Positions 25,501 through 38,712 of a stretch of 64,000 nt of DNA are shown piece by piece (position 1 is the first letter of the stretch; every line of letters begins with the position of its first letter). Made by a program: the position numbers and the translations under genes. The stretch is from the NCBI GenBank assembly GCA_965285935.1, contig OZ260665.1:67642001-67706000 (forward strand), given 5' to 3'. The DNA is from Ophelia neglecta. Lineage: Eukaryota. A model generated the notes under the pieces. It did no database searches. It was not told where the DNA came from and saw nothing but the letters and a program-made list of their open reading frames with translations.

Positions 25501-26097
25501 TAATTCATTGGCTAGGTAGATAGTGTACTACCCATATAGCTGGTTTATTGAATACATTGAGGTTTTATTCGCTTGTTTTTCATTGTCACTTTATATTTTT
25601 ATTATTATATTATTATTGTTATTTTTTATTATCTCATAATGTTTTCTATATATTTAATGATATTGTTATGATATATGGATAATGGAATAGATATCGATTT
25701 AATGATTATTAGATGTGTGTTTCATCGAATGAAGATGAGATTTGTAAACCGTACATTATTAACATAACATCTAAATTACGATTTGAGCAAATCAAAGGCC
25801 CGAGGAATAATGTAAAGTTTACAAATTCTTGTTATCATAAAGTAATGCTACATAGAAGGCAGCTTGTATTATTCTCCCATACTACCAAATACCACGTGCT
25901 TTTCATATTTCATGTTTTTATAAATAGATGCGCACTGAAAGCAAGGATCAGATCAATATTGAACATAAAGCACCTGCCATTATTATTATATTTTTACCAG
26001 TTTTCCTTGTAACCAAGACCTTGCCTCGAGCTGACAAGAGCGATCTACATTCAATGGAGAAGTTTTTCCCTATATCATCCTTATCTCTGTATTCCAG

Positions 26098-26244
26098 CCT
26101 GGTACGGAGCAGTTCAGTTGACCGAGACGTGTGGGTTCTTGTCGGGCGCGCTGGTATCCGTTCTGATGGTACTGTACGCCCTGGTTGGGGGCGCTGACAC
26201 GCGCAATGTCGGCAAAAGTCTTGCTCTGGCCACGGCCTGCTCAG
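26098..26244 (+). CDS. Tetraspan gene A, coding exon 2 (TM2 to mid-TM3)
   Basis: Acceptor tctctgtattccag|, donor TCAG|GTAACG, phase 1-1, 147 nt. Reads (A)WYGAVQLTETCGFLSGALVSVLMVLYALVGGADTRNVGKSLALATACS(G); WxxAVQ resembles PMP22 EWLQSVQ. Absent from the ORF track (no start codon). Confidence 0.85.
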
Positions 26245-29200
26245 GTAACGAGTAGTAACACTTCTTTGATGCAGGATATGCATGAAAAAAGTTATATATT
26301 TAATTGGAAAAATAAAATCCTAGGAAAGAAATATGTGTGTGTGTGTGGGGGGGGGGGGGGGCAGGTAATGCCCCCTCACACCCTTCACCGTTAAAATTGT
26401 ATTCTTACTTTTTCCGCGAAAACGTTGCCGCATTGCATACACTTCCGGTGATTTACAGTATAAAAGGCTAACTGTTGCATTATCAATTAACATCAAACCT
26501 AACCACTCGTCGTTAGTCCTTTTCTGTCGCGATATATAGTGTAATAAAATGAGTTTTATTAAAAGGTATGACCAATAAATGCATTCCTATAGCATTTTAT
26601 GCCTCCACCCTCCTGTGAAAAAAGTGGGGGGAGGGGGATATGTATTGACGTCCGACCTCTGCCGCCGCTGACGCCTGGCGCCACCGCCAACCGTTACAGT
26701 TCCTTCGTTGCAGAGGCAATTTCCAACACACAGCTCGCGCCCATTAATGATGTCAGAGACTAATGCGTAGAGAACACCACCTCTTCTTCCAAATAAGCCG
26801 TTAGGGCCCCAGTACTTTACTTCACAAATAAGGAATTTAGGTATTGGATATTTTTTGGCAATCGATGGCGCCTCCCTAGTGACTATAAGACTTCTTTAAA
26901 GCAGTATAGTGACAAAATCTCGGTCACAAGATTGCGGAAAAGGTATCGAACGGGGCTAAAATGGACAGAGTGGACGCGTAAAATGCTTTATATGATATGA
27001 TTAGCAACGCCGAAAGGAAAATGCGATCCACCATCCTGGGCTTCGTTTGGCTTTTCCCAGTATATACGGCAATGAAATGACGGGGGGTGGGGGGGGGGGA
27101 GGCATTTTGCTTACTTTTCAATATCTTTTCTCGCCATGTCAGGCCATTTCCAGGTTTTGTTTATGGTAAAAACAACTAAATTTCAAGTTGGAGAGGGAGC
27201 GGGGCAAGGGGGCTTTGGGTAAATTAATTTAGAGAAGTAAGAAAAATGGCTTTAATATTGAGAGAAAATTTATTCTGAAAAAAGCTATATCAAAATCGGG
27301 AGTTGTGATTGCAGTTCAATATAGCTACAATCCTCATATTATATAACGAGCAGTAATAAGCTGTGTGGGTAATAGTTAAACTGACTTTGGAACATTGCCG
27401 AATGACATATTTTATGTTTATCGCATCCATAAATTCATCCTGAATCTTACTGCCAAATATAACATTTATATTTAGATCTAACCCGCAAGTACCTGGGATT
27501 GAACTGTTCTTTCGTTGTCAAGTCAAATTACGTACTAATATTTCATCGAAAATCTGAAAGAGGAAGGCTTCTAAACTCACACAGAGAATCATACAGTTTC
27601 TGCGGAGATCCTCCGCCTATATGTTACAGCTGGTAAAGGCAATTGACATGGGCAATTTAAATATTGGCAGAAGCTAAATTTGATAATTATCATGGAGACT
27701 ACTACCCCACTATATAAGCTTAACGATTGTGTTCCTGACCATGGCGGTTGAAGAGGGGGCGGGGGCGGTAGAGCGTATCAGGAGAAGGAAAAGTGGCAAA
27801 TAAATGTATTGTATGTGTATATTAATTTATGGAATGGCTGTAAAGATATCATTAAATGCGGGGGTGGGGAGGGGGGGGGAGTAAGCGGTATCATGAGGGG
27901 GTGTTTACAAATGAACGTTTACAGGAAAACATATCTCATATGATTTATACTGAGATAACATTGTATGTTACTGATGCACGTAATTGGTCTCAATGATAGT
28001 CTGACTGGATCATTTTATTGATTTCATATTTGATTGCATTATTGAGGAGATGTAATCATTTTTCCCTTTAAGAATGGAAAGAACTTTTACATCCTTCTTT
28101 GGTCTTTTGTTTATCGAGAAAATCCATCAATAGTCTGACTACTATGAGAGAGCCAAGTCCATCAAATACTCCCCCTATGTTATCCTAAGTTGACGACTGA
28201 TTCTATTGCTCTGTGCTGTGACACTTATCATGAAAAACTATTGACTAATTCACATTGCAATTTGTATCACGTTTAATGCTGTCATTGCCTTCATTACCAG
28301 CTTATTTGCAGTTAGAGATCTGGGCCGATGTATGAGGGCCTGCAGGTGACGCTCTCTGGTTGAATGGATTATTTTTGAAGGATGATTTTGCTTTATCTGC
28401 CTGTTATCCACTCCTTTTTTTGAGAGGCAGTTTTTAAAAATGTGCTTCGCCAGGACCTGATTCGTTCAGTACATGTGCGTGCACTCTTCCTGTGTATGTT
28501 TCGTTGGGGGCAAGCGACCTTGGAGGCATAATTCTTTCATATTGTGAATATGATGCTATATAAATTCAGAAATACCAATAATTATCTCTGCTGATCAAGA
28601 ATATTAAATCCCCTCTCCCGAGCTGTATTATATTATAATCTGACGAATCTGATGATTCCCTATTACAGTTCAGTGGCATCAGATCTGTCAGACAGAGCTG
28701 TACAGATTCTTTGGTCGCTATTGGCACTTTTGACCAAGTCTTAACCTGTCCGCAGACCGCTTGTTTAACTTATATCTAATGATCAGTCCTTTACGGACAG
28801 CTCCCCAGTCCTTGTCCATCAGGACCCTCCAGGCATTTACACTAACAAAAAGCTTTTCCTGCGTTGTTTTTGCCGTCGCCTCCCGCGCAACAAATCATGT
28901 CCCGTTGTTTTAGAGCCCTGATTAGTCCAGGAACGTCTCTCCAGCCGTCGTCATAATGGTTTCCGTGTCGAGCATCAGATGCCCAGAGAAGAAGGCAAAT
29001 AAATGATATTTAGTGGAGAGAAGAGCCATTATAAGCAGGCCGATACATTGGTGATTCAGGAGACAGACCAGACGTAACTGCAGTATCGGGTGGTTCATTA
29101 CAGAACGCAGCAACGCTAAAGTGGTATAATGGGACGAAATGTGATCTTTATCACCGAATCGACCCCGACAAAAACATCTCAAAGCACCTATAGTGGCCTT

Positions 29201-32200
29201 TAGGCTAATGGTAAGCTAACCGACACATGCACGAATACTGTCGTGTGTTGAGTACCACAACTCTATAGCTTCGGCTGAACAGCAACAGGAAAGCGCGTCA
29301 GTATAGTTACTTCAAAGGAATATTAATGCGCATGCCGAGCCACCTCAGAAATGTTTCACTTAGTTTCTCGTAAAAGCACTCTTGTTATTTTGTGGTAATG
29401 TGAGTTGATGTGGAAAATTGTATTATTATACATGCCAAGGCTTCTACAAAAAGGCGAGTGTGCAATAAATTAAGTTGTCATTCTAAATCATGGTGGTAAC
29501 CCGTTTATATTGAGACGGTACTTGAAACATCACCCAAATACGCCGAGAAATATTGCCTTCATTACTGAAGTGTCTATTATTTTAGAATGCATGTAAAAAC
29601 CCATGTCACATAAATGTGTGAATGACGCACATGTTTGCGCCTTGAATGTGTAAACGCATTGTCGTTAATTAGTCCACTTATAAATGGAACGTAAACACAT
29701 TGAAATCGTGCATGTTTGGGATGGGGCAAATCTGGTCAAATCGAGTGTTGGCTCCATTTTGTTGGCAGACAGTTCTAAGATTGATCCCCTTTCCCGCCAA
29801 TCCGTCGGCTTCGGCGCCCTCTGCGCGGTAAATCATCCGGGCTCTTAGTTTTCTCGCGCGGCTATGGGAAAGCCACGTCTGCCGCGGAAACGTCGACTCT
29901 AAAGTGACCTTAAATGAACCCTGGAGCCACGTTCAGGGCTGGCTCTTCAGCTGGACTCTAGAAAGATTGATTGAACATTGAAGGTCTGGCGAATGTCTGA
30001 TCAAATGAATTCAAAGATAAACTAGTTTAGGCATTGATCGTTTTCAGGCAGTGATGTCGGGTCTGAGGCCATGACAACCGTCTGCCGGCTGTATCAAGCC
30101 CCAATACCGTGGTAAACACGGTGTTATTCATGGCGGTGCCTTAATCAGGTCACTCAGACGAGTTTGCTCTCGGATGAATTCATCTTAAAGATGACCATCA
30201 GCGTTAAGTCGGTAATGTTTGGGCCTCCTGTTTATCAGTTTAAGGATATTCCGGGAGGATCCCCAGTCATTGAACTAATTCGGAAGAACTGTGCATCTCG
30301 CCGAGTCAATTACATCTTCCACTTGTGGCGCCATACTGTACATTTTCTGCACATATGTAGACGTACGTATGTCGCGACATAAAAGTAGCCTTTTTTAGCC
30401 TTGTTTTAAAGGTAAACTATATCACCCATACAATAGAGTAGGCTTAATCAAAAGCTCATTTCCGGTCTTCCCACAGGGAGAGAAATCGGCTGTCTTCGGG
30501 CGAGTCTACCAGAGTAACTCGTGTGCGTTGACAGAGATGCAGCCAACGTCACCAGCGTCAAGTTGAAGTGACAGTTACGTATATTTACACCCTTGCTTGG
30601 GGCGCAAATATAGTAGCATGAGTAACAAGAGTGACTAGCGTAGGATCGCCTGTAGTTGGCCATTATTATCAATTGCACTTTGGCCTCAGCTTGTATAGAA
30701 CCAGCGATGTATATACCGAGAGGTTGGAATCGGGGCCCTCGGCCGCAAGGAGTTAAACACGGTATTCATATGCTAATGAGCTGCGAATCAGTTCGCACAT
30801 GCGCAGAAGTGTCCGGACGAGCCAACTTGTAGACAAACTACGAGAAACTACGGCAACAAGCAAAGCAGCAATACGCAAGCCTGGCAGTGCAGCGTAATAG
30901 TCGAACGTTAGCCGGCAATTGCCGGTTTGACAGTGCCCGTTGCCTATAAATGACAAAATACCTATCAAGCATATTAGAGTTAGGTACTCAGCAGTGTCTT
31001 ATGTTATGCAAGACTGCCTGGGTCTGGGAAAGCACTCCCCCTGAAAGTACCATCTCCCATGTCCAACAAAATTTCTCTGCCCTTTTAACATCATTTATTA
31101 TTGATGTTATGTCTAATGCATTTGTATACTAGGGTAACACTCAACTGTTAAGTTAAACTTTTCAGCTGGACATCTAATTTTTATATAATCTAGTGCTACC
31201 ATGACTAATCTCCCAGAAAGCGGGAAAGCCCAGCAGCTATTGGGAGTAAAACATTATATAGTTGGGTAGCTTGGAGAATAGATTTCACCATAGTCCAGGA
31301 TGTACAGTAGTACAGGATGTACAAAAACATGCCCGTAGTCAGGAGGAGGCAATATGGTATCTTGGTTATATAGGGTGCGATTATTGCCTAAAAGCTTGTC
31401 CTGAAGATGAGGCTAAGGTTATTTTTGCATCCGGAAATGTAGGGCCAGTCTTTTGGGATTATCTGGGGGATGTAGCAGTTTTGGTAAAAGAGGTGTTCCG
31501 TATGGGGGGAGGGGGGGGGGGGTTCACCGGCTTGTTTAGGACGTGGGGGTTTTCACAAGAAAATTTGTCCCGGGTATGTTGCCCCCCACCCGCACCCCCC
31601 ACCCCCTGGAAGACCATTTTTGGAACAACCCTTAATCAACTTATTTGGTTTAAGAAAAATTCAATTTCATGTAGGATATGAAAAACAATACTTGCACAAG
31701 GACTTAAATAACTAACTTTCAACGTCTAAGTACGCCTGGGTACATGACAGTATGAAATGGTCTATATGACCGTGTTTCAAATGAACAACTCGAGGGCTTG
31801 GAGCAAGACCGGTACAGTAGGCAAACGCGGCTGGCGACATCAATGTTCTCTGTCATCAAAAGGCCGTGCGTTGTAGCCACACTCGAGGTGGCATTTTTGT
31901 AAATAATCATATATGGCGGAAAATCATTTCTCATCAGCATTTTACACATGCACTAGTCCGAGGAGTCTCGTGATGGCATTCTTTTTTTGCAAAACAAAAT
32001 GGTCTTATTTTGTTGATTTCTACATTTATTAGTGGCAAGCCAGTCTGAGTGACGAAATGTGGGGAAACCTAGAAAGCGTAGGCGAGTCGTCTGCGCCATA
32101 GACCTAGCTTCATGAGATCTAAATGAGGAGCAACTATTATTGAGTCAATGGAGTATTTCCTAGTTTTAGCTAGTTTCACTGCTTATCAGGAGTACATGTC

Positions 32201-32772
32201 GGTCTAAAGTGGGTGGATGGGGTCTATAATAGTGCTAACAGACTTCACCGTCTGACTGGGGACAGGGCTGCACTATCCTGTTATACTTCACCAGGTAGGC
32301 GCTTTGACCGTGCTCAGGCCTATAGTTTTACCACTGGCTGTCGACCTTCACATATCATAATACATTCTATGACAGTTTGAAAGAAAACACGCTATAGAAT
32401 CTTTTTTATTATTTTTTCTAATGTTGCAGCTAATTTATCCTAAGTAAATGACTAGCTTTGACAGTTATAGTCCCTGTTGACAGACAGTCCCTTCTTGTCT
32501 ATCAGGATTCATGAGGCGGGTCTAGTGACGTCATGATTGTGCGCGATATTTACACATTTGTATTTTGAATTGTTAGTTACATGTATTCCCAGTTCCACAA
32601 CTTGTCCACAACTTATTAATATAGATAGTAATGGGAGTTTCTTTGCCCGCGTGCCCCGTTTGATAGGCTGCCCCCGCTCTAGCCCCCCATGTCTGGCGGA
32701 TTGGAGGTGATCTATTTCTATGCATAAACTTGAAATTGAGCCGACATTTTTACATTGTTTATTAAATTACAG

Positions 32773-33203
32773 GTACGTTTGTCTACATCGGACTAGGCAC
32801 ATTGTATGGACGAAGAGGTTTCATTGTGGACCTAGCCCGACACTCAATGCCAGTCGCGCTCTGCCATGGTGTCCGTGTCGACAGTACGGTGACGTTTGGC
32901 TCTAGTTTCCAATTGGCACTGGCGGGCGCCACTATTAATTTAGTCGCTTCCATCGTCTTTATCATGACCTCCATTTTCCAGTATTCTGTAATGACCCAGG
33001 TCCCGCGGGCCCTCCGACCGCCCACCAAGATATTTGCCGGGGCTCCTCCGCTGGACTACGGGGCCCCGACTTCCATGGTGGTCCAGGCAACCACCCCCCA
33101 GAGCTCGCAAGGCTTCGACGACAAAGGCAAACGATTCTCCGCCAGTCTGTGGAAGGACAGCACAACTCTCAGTATGTTTAACCTGCATGACACCAACGGC
33201 TAG
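32773..33203 (+). CDS. Tetraspan gene A, coding exon 3 (TM3 end, ECL2, TM4, cytoplasmic tail)
   Basis: Acceptor aaattacag|, in frame with exon 2: (G)TFVYIGLGTLY..TFGSSFQLALAGATINLVASIVFIM..HDTNG*. FGxSF before TM4 is family-typical. Spliced CDS 909 nt. Confidence 0.85.
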
Positions 33204-33518
33204 GAAACCAGCAAAAGTTACTACTCAGTCTGTCGTCTGCCTCGAACGAGTTAACCTTTGCCACCTTATAGCCAAATAATGGCGATATATTGATTACACC
33301 AGACCAATAATATTTTCATTAAAAAACACACGTTGTTGGAGCGTCGACAAGACAAATCTACGAGCAATATGGAATGTCTCATTTCATACACCGCTGATAA
33401 TTTCCGCTGACTCTAAAGATTTATCTACAAAGTTCCAACCATATTAAAACTGATGTTTGCTTTCTGGTGAGACCTAACATCTGTCCTGCCCCATGAATAT
33501 AATGGTACTGGGGTAAGT

Positions 33519-33524
33519 TTTATT
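33519..33524 (-). terminator. Candidate polyadenylation signal of gene B
   Basis: First minus-strand AATAAA/ATTAAA found downstream of the stop at 34061. Confidence 0.4.
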
Positions 33525-33648
33525 GGTGATAAACGACTAAGGAAGACACGTAACTCGTGACGTATTACTAAGTTTTGTGACATTCATTTGTTTGTTCGGT
33601 ACAATATCAGGAGCCTACAGTAGCTGTTGTTTCTGTGATAACTGACAA

Positions 33649-33654
33649 AATAAA
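33649..33654 (+). terminator. Candidate polyadenylation signal of gene A
   Basis: First AATAAA downstream of the stop at 33203; ATTAAA variants occur earlier at 33318 and 33443. Confidence 0.35.
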
Positions 33655-34060
33655 TACGGCTCAATGCTAACAAAGATCTCTTGGAGCCAGCCAGAGGAAA
33701 CACTAGCGGGAATAATATGACTTGGCCCATCGGGCAAACCCTTCGTAGTCTGTTGACGTTCTCGGAAAAGTTGTAATACTCTCTGGCTTATATTTCATAC
33801 AAAAATAAACTACCATTTTCAGCTAATTGTTTTAGTTGTCGAAATAAGCGTATCATGTACCAGATATCACACGCAATTTCTATATAGCTCTATAAAACAT
33901 GTCAGTCTAGTATCACTTTCACACACAATTTGACGTACCACCATAAAAACTATGTAGCACATTAAATCCTGCAGCATAGTCACTTAATCTGATTACAAAA
34001 GTCAGCAAATATCCTCCGGAATGACTCTAATAAAGCATACTGTGCTCACACTATCTAGGC

Positions 34061-34266
34061 CTATATAGGCCTAGTCAGGCCCTTGTTATTGTTATTGGCA
34101 GGTCTCTTTTTTAAGCAGCATCCCTGCATGTCCATCACTCCAAACACTGTAGCGAAGGCAAAAAATACGGATGCTAAGGCATCGAAAGCCACCGAATATC
34201 CCGCCGTAGTCTTCAAGTCTCTCATGTTAGTACAGACAATCAAGAGCCCGATAAAATTAAATAAGC
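34061..34266 (-). CDS. Tetraspan gene B, coding exon 3 (TM3 end, short ECL2, TM4, tail)
   Basis: Acceptor cgttctcattacag|. Reads (G)LFNFIGLLIVCTNMRDLKTTAGYSVAFDALASVFFAFATVFGVMDMQGCCLKKRPANNNNKGLTRPI*; GYS motif before TM4, juxtamembrane CC. Spliced CDS 615 nt. Confidence 0.87.
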
Positions 34267-34615
34267 CTGTAATGAGAACGAAAAGAGACTGAACAATAAA
34301 CAGTGGTGTTTTTGCTTCTGTTCAATATCTTAAGACAAGGTGCATTCTTAACTAGGCCTGCTTTTTGGTTTAGTATTACGTCCAATTTAGACATCTGATC
34401 GGAAATAAATGGTTCTTGTGTTGTATGATAAAATTTATTTCAAAATTCGACTTCAATTATCGACCATAAAAACGTTTTGCTTTTCATGATTTCTTTTTAA
34501 ATATACAACTGGTAATATTTCAAAACGCAAACATATTTAAAGAAACGGTGTGGTGATTTTAAACTTGCATCGTGAAGGTTTTGGTTACCTACGTCCGTAT
34601 ATCTAAATTTCGTAC

Positions 34616-34771
34616 CTGAAAGTAGTGCAAGCGGAACCAGCACGACCAGCACGTGACGACTTCTCAGCCAATCATATTTCAAACAGATGAGAAGCAGGAG
34701 CAGGCAAACAAAGATGGCGACAGTACAAAATCCGGCCATGATCTCCATGACCAGGGCCTTCGGGATCCAGT
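34616..34771 (-). CDS. Tetraspan gene B, coding exon 2 (TM2 to mid-TM3)
   Basis: Acceptor ttttttccag|, donor TCAG|GTACG, phase 1-1, 156 nt. Reads (D)WIPKALVMEIMAGFCTVAIFVCLLLLLICLKYDWLRSRHVLVVLVPLALLS(G). Confidence 0.87.
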
Positions 34772-37060
34772 CTGGAAAAAACACAATGTATCAATATTTA
34801 TAGCAGACTGTGTTCATGACAGACGACCTTGTCTCGGGGGTGTTACCAGGGCTTTGTGATTGACATCATACCCGATCTCCGGCAAAATCCCCTTCAGCGG
34901 AAGAAAGGCATTGCATGACACAGACGTGAAACATCTAATTTGATTGGCTTACAAGCCGTTGTTTCCGTTCAGATCTTAAGCATAAAGAAATTCAGCTCTC
35001 CAATAAGAAAATAAAGAGGATTGTCGTCAATCCTACAAATATATTGCATTACCCTCAGGGTATTACCGCGTCTTTTTCGGCCCATACATATCATTTTGTC
35101 GCTATCGGCTGACAAATTATCTGTCAACCTTTCGCCACTTGTTTGTTTCCATATGTCTTATAGAGGGTATAGTCAGATTGATCGAGGCACAAATATACGG
35201 CCGGCTGTGCGCGTAGCAAACCAGCCTGGGGAATCACCGCTAAATTGGCCGTCCAAGTCTTCTTGGATTGATCAAATCCGCATGAAATTGGGACTCTTTT
35301 GCCCCTTGTCTAGTTGTCCTTGCCGGCCTCTGTACACTAATGTTATAAAAATACGTCGGCGAGTTTTCTTCGACTTTTTAGTTCTTAGGGATAGCTGGGA
35401 GAATGTAATTTACACCGATCTGTGTCTGAAACCTTGCTTGAGCACTTCAAGTATATATGCTTGTGTAATATAGGTCTATCGCATAGCGAGGAGTTCGGGG
35501 ACAATAAACAATATCTTCGGATCTGTGGTTCATACATGTATCATACCCACCTATACGTGTTTTTACACCCCTGACTTGGCAAACTGTTTCCGTGCTTCTC
35601 CATCACCATTATTGGTGCCTTCTGTGGCACTCAATGCATTCGATACATAAAGAGACTCAATATTTTTGTAATGAACAAATACTCGTTCATCGACCATCAT
35701 GCGACTTTTGTTCGCCAAATTGCCCAATTTACATGTCCTTTGACGCAAATTGCCACTCTTTCGGACTTTATTAGTGTAGTTTCTCATAAAAAGCCATTTA
35801 TTGCGTGCGCTATTATTTGTCAATAGCGCGTTTCGTGGAAAATTCGCAACTATTGCATTAGAAAAAAAAATCGCTCTTCAATACTCGACATGCGTTGCTA
35901 CTGGGATATAAGAATATGGTTTCTTTTATCCCGGGTTGCTACCGTCAGACTGTTGTCTTCCTTTTCCTCACCATCTATAGGCTAATTATATTGCCGGTAT
36001 CAAACATTGATTCACGCTTTCGTTTGTGAACGGATGTGACTGAAATTTTCACCCGTTGTCGCTGAAACGGCGACAACTGTTATAGGCTATGCATTGAGAT
36101 TGCTATACGTGTTATGCTTTTTGCAGTTAAACCGCCTTTATATCTCTCGCGCAGGGGGATCGGAAGGCCATATATGATGATGCTTGCCACCGATGTAAAT
36201 ATCCCTCGTTGTCAAATGGGTCAAATAGGTAACGAACATACTGTCGCAGAGCAAAATCCACCACCCACGAAACATTCCGCTTTTCACTTTTGTTACCTTC
36301 CTTTTGTGATTTCAGTCTTGCCACCTGGGAAAAATACGGCTGCTTTAAGTCCAGGGCCACGGGAGGGGGGGGGGGGAGGAGGAATATTTTCACTGCGTTT
36401 GCCTGCTTTCCAGGTTGCCGATTTAACTTTTCCGATTACTTGAACAAATATATTACTGCAGCAGGCATTCAGCCTCGCCACTTAGCTCTAGACGGACATC
36501 TTTCGCTCACTCACGCCCGTTACTTCTTTTCTGCCTAAATAGTATTAAGTTTCCAAATGGTTGCTAAATGACATGCAACGGTCTATCCATTTTCGCCCTA
36601 GGTTTTAATTAATTATTTGCTTGTTGTAGCCAAGCTATCTTAAATTCATTGCGAAGCATTAAACCTCAAATACATGTACATCTTTTTTGCAGGGTTTAAC
36701 CATTTCCTATTATAATTAAGTATCGAGTATGACGTGATGGAGTACAAACTCCCTTGCTGAGTCCAACTCCCTTGCCATCTTCTATATTGCTTTATTTTTA
36801 CCTGTAACGTTGCAATATTACAATTGATTTTTTTTTAATATGCTGGAAGGGGGCAGCAGAGGGCGGAAAGGGGGGAAGGGGATGGGAGTGGGGTAAAGGA
36901 GAGCAGTAGGACTGGGAGGGTGTGTAGAGGCGATAAGCAGTGGAATGGTCAGTGGTGGGAGGAAGTGTGTGTGTGTGTGTGGGGGGGGGGGGGGTGACAG
37001 TGAGGCCCGTGTTCGAGCAGTCACCAGGCGACTTCTGTTGAAATTATTTTGACAACGACA

Positions 37061-37388
37061 ACCACCAAAGCGTAACCGAGTGGTTAGGGTGTCCGCCTCG
37101 CAAGTGGGAGATCGGTTTCGAATCCTGATCGCGTCAAACCCAAAACGTAATAAAAGGTACTGATAGCTCCCCTGCCAGGCGCCCGGCATTTCGGGGGTAG
37201 TATCAGGACTGGTCAACCCGGTGTCAGTATAATGTGACTGGGTGGGTTTCCCTGTCTGGTGTCTACGGCAGGTACTCCAGTGAGGCAGCACTATGAGGAG
37301 GGCATTGGGCCCACTGTCTCAAGAAGGCACCTTGGCGATACGACCATATACGTGTTGAAAACCACGTAAAACCCCAAACAACAGTAAC
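37061..37388 (+). mobile_element. Full-length tRNA-derived SINE, probably of the Meta-domain superfamily
   Basis: Pol III A box TAACCGAGTGG (37073-37083), B box GGTTTCGAATCC (37114-37125), central CCCGGTGTCAGTATAATGTGACTGGGTG, tail GTTGAAAACCACGTAAACCCCAAAC; 10-bp TSD GACAACGACA at 37051-37060 and 37389-37398. Confidence 0.88.
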
Positions 37389-38712
37389 GACAACGACACT
37401 TCGTGAAGTTTAATTTTTCTGATTTTATTTTATTTATAATATCAATCGGCCTCCGGAGGGAGGGGGGGAAGTAGGGGGAGGATAGGCAACAGTGGGATGG
37501 GAATGGGGGAGGGAGGGGGCAGGAGAAAGAGGGAGGGGCTGAGGACAGGGGTGTGATGGAGGGGCAGGAGTAGGAGGTAGGCGGGATCGGGATGGAAGGG
37601 AGAGCAGGATTTGTGATGCTACCACCGGAATTTTTGCATTGTGATCCTTGTTCACGAAAAAAAGCGACACTGCTTTTCTCCTGGACTGACAATACATATT
37701 TGATCAGCTATAATGATCAGGTGCCTCATTGACTCATTGCGCATGCCAGTATTGTATTGCTGGTATATCACTGCCATCGACACTTTAGATTTAGATTTAA
37801 ATGCTCCTCCAATTTCCAGCTCATGCTTTTATTAAAGTTCATTTCTATCTAGACATTCGAGTCTTGCTCCATGTGCCTGCCTCAGGGGTGGATGTTTCCA
37901 CGGGTCACTGCTAGTCGCAGATATATGGGTCGCGCGAGTCTGTGACTCGAAGCATACGTCACGGGTAGATGTTAATTTTAAGGGGATCATGAATTAATTT
38001 CCTACACTCAGTGTGGGAGCGGGCTGTGTGTGGGTGTGTGTCTTGAAATCCTTGCACACCCTCAAGGGATTGGAGGGGGGGGGGGAGGTCATGAAATCAC
38101 CGTTCCCCTCCATATAAAAAATCACTTGCACCCTCCAACCACCCACCCCTACCCTCTACCCCCTACGCCTAGTGGTAATTAATGATTTCCTCCTGAACCA
38201 GCACCTGTTTATCTAGTCTTCGCACACTCTCGATTATATACGGATGTCGTCGGTCAAATGTGAAAGGAAACGGCGCCAAGGAGAATGCACTGCCTATAAC
38301 CACTCCCTGCTAGATCGAGTTCTGTGTCATTTGGCCAATCATAGCAGCGTCCTTCGGTGAACTAGGCCTATGTTTTCTTTATCTGGTTGCCTAAACACTG
38401 AGCCTAGGATGACATGTGTATCAGTGCCAGGAGCTATCAGCCGATCTTCTGATCACACACCGGCCCGAGAAGAGCGTATAGGGAAGACAAGACACTGGGT
38501 GTCTCTCAGTTGATACATAGCTTATTCAAAATAGTGGCTTTCCTCTGGAGCTACCTACATTTAGCACCCAATAATCGGCGACAGATTCCCACTCGGCAGA
38601 GATGGATATAACTAGTATACCACGTATATTGACTTAATAACACAAACACCTTCATTTATTTTAGTCAACTGACACTGTAGCCGCCGCCAAAATAGAAGGA
38701 GAATTGAATGTG

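Noticed and set aside
34267-34290. Upstream alternative acceptor (gttcag at 34289) for gene B exon 3
   Set aside because: Causes a frameshift and early stop; the acceptor at 34267 keeps the frame.
37061-37135. tRNA gene
   Set aside because: No proper acceptor stem; it continues into a SINE body with TSD.
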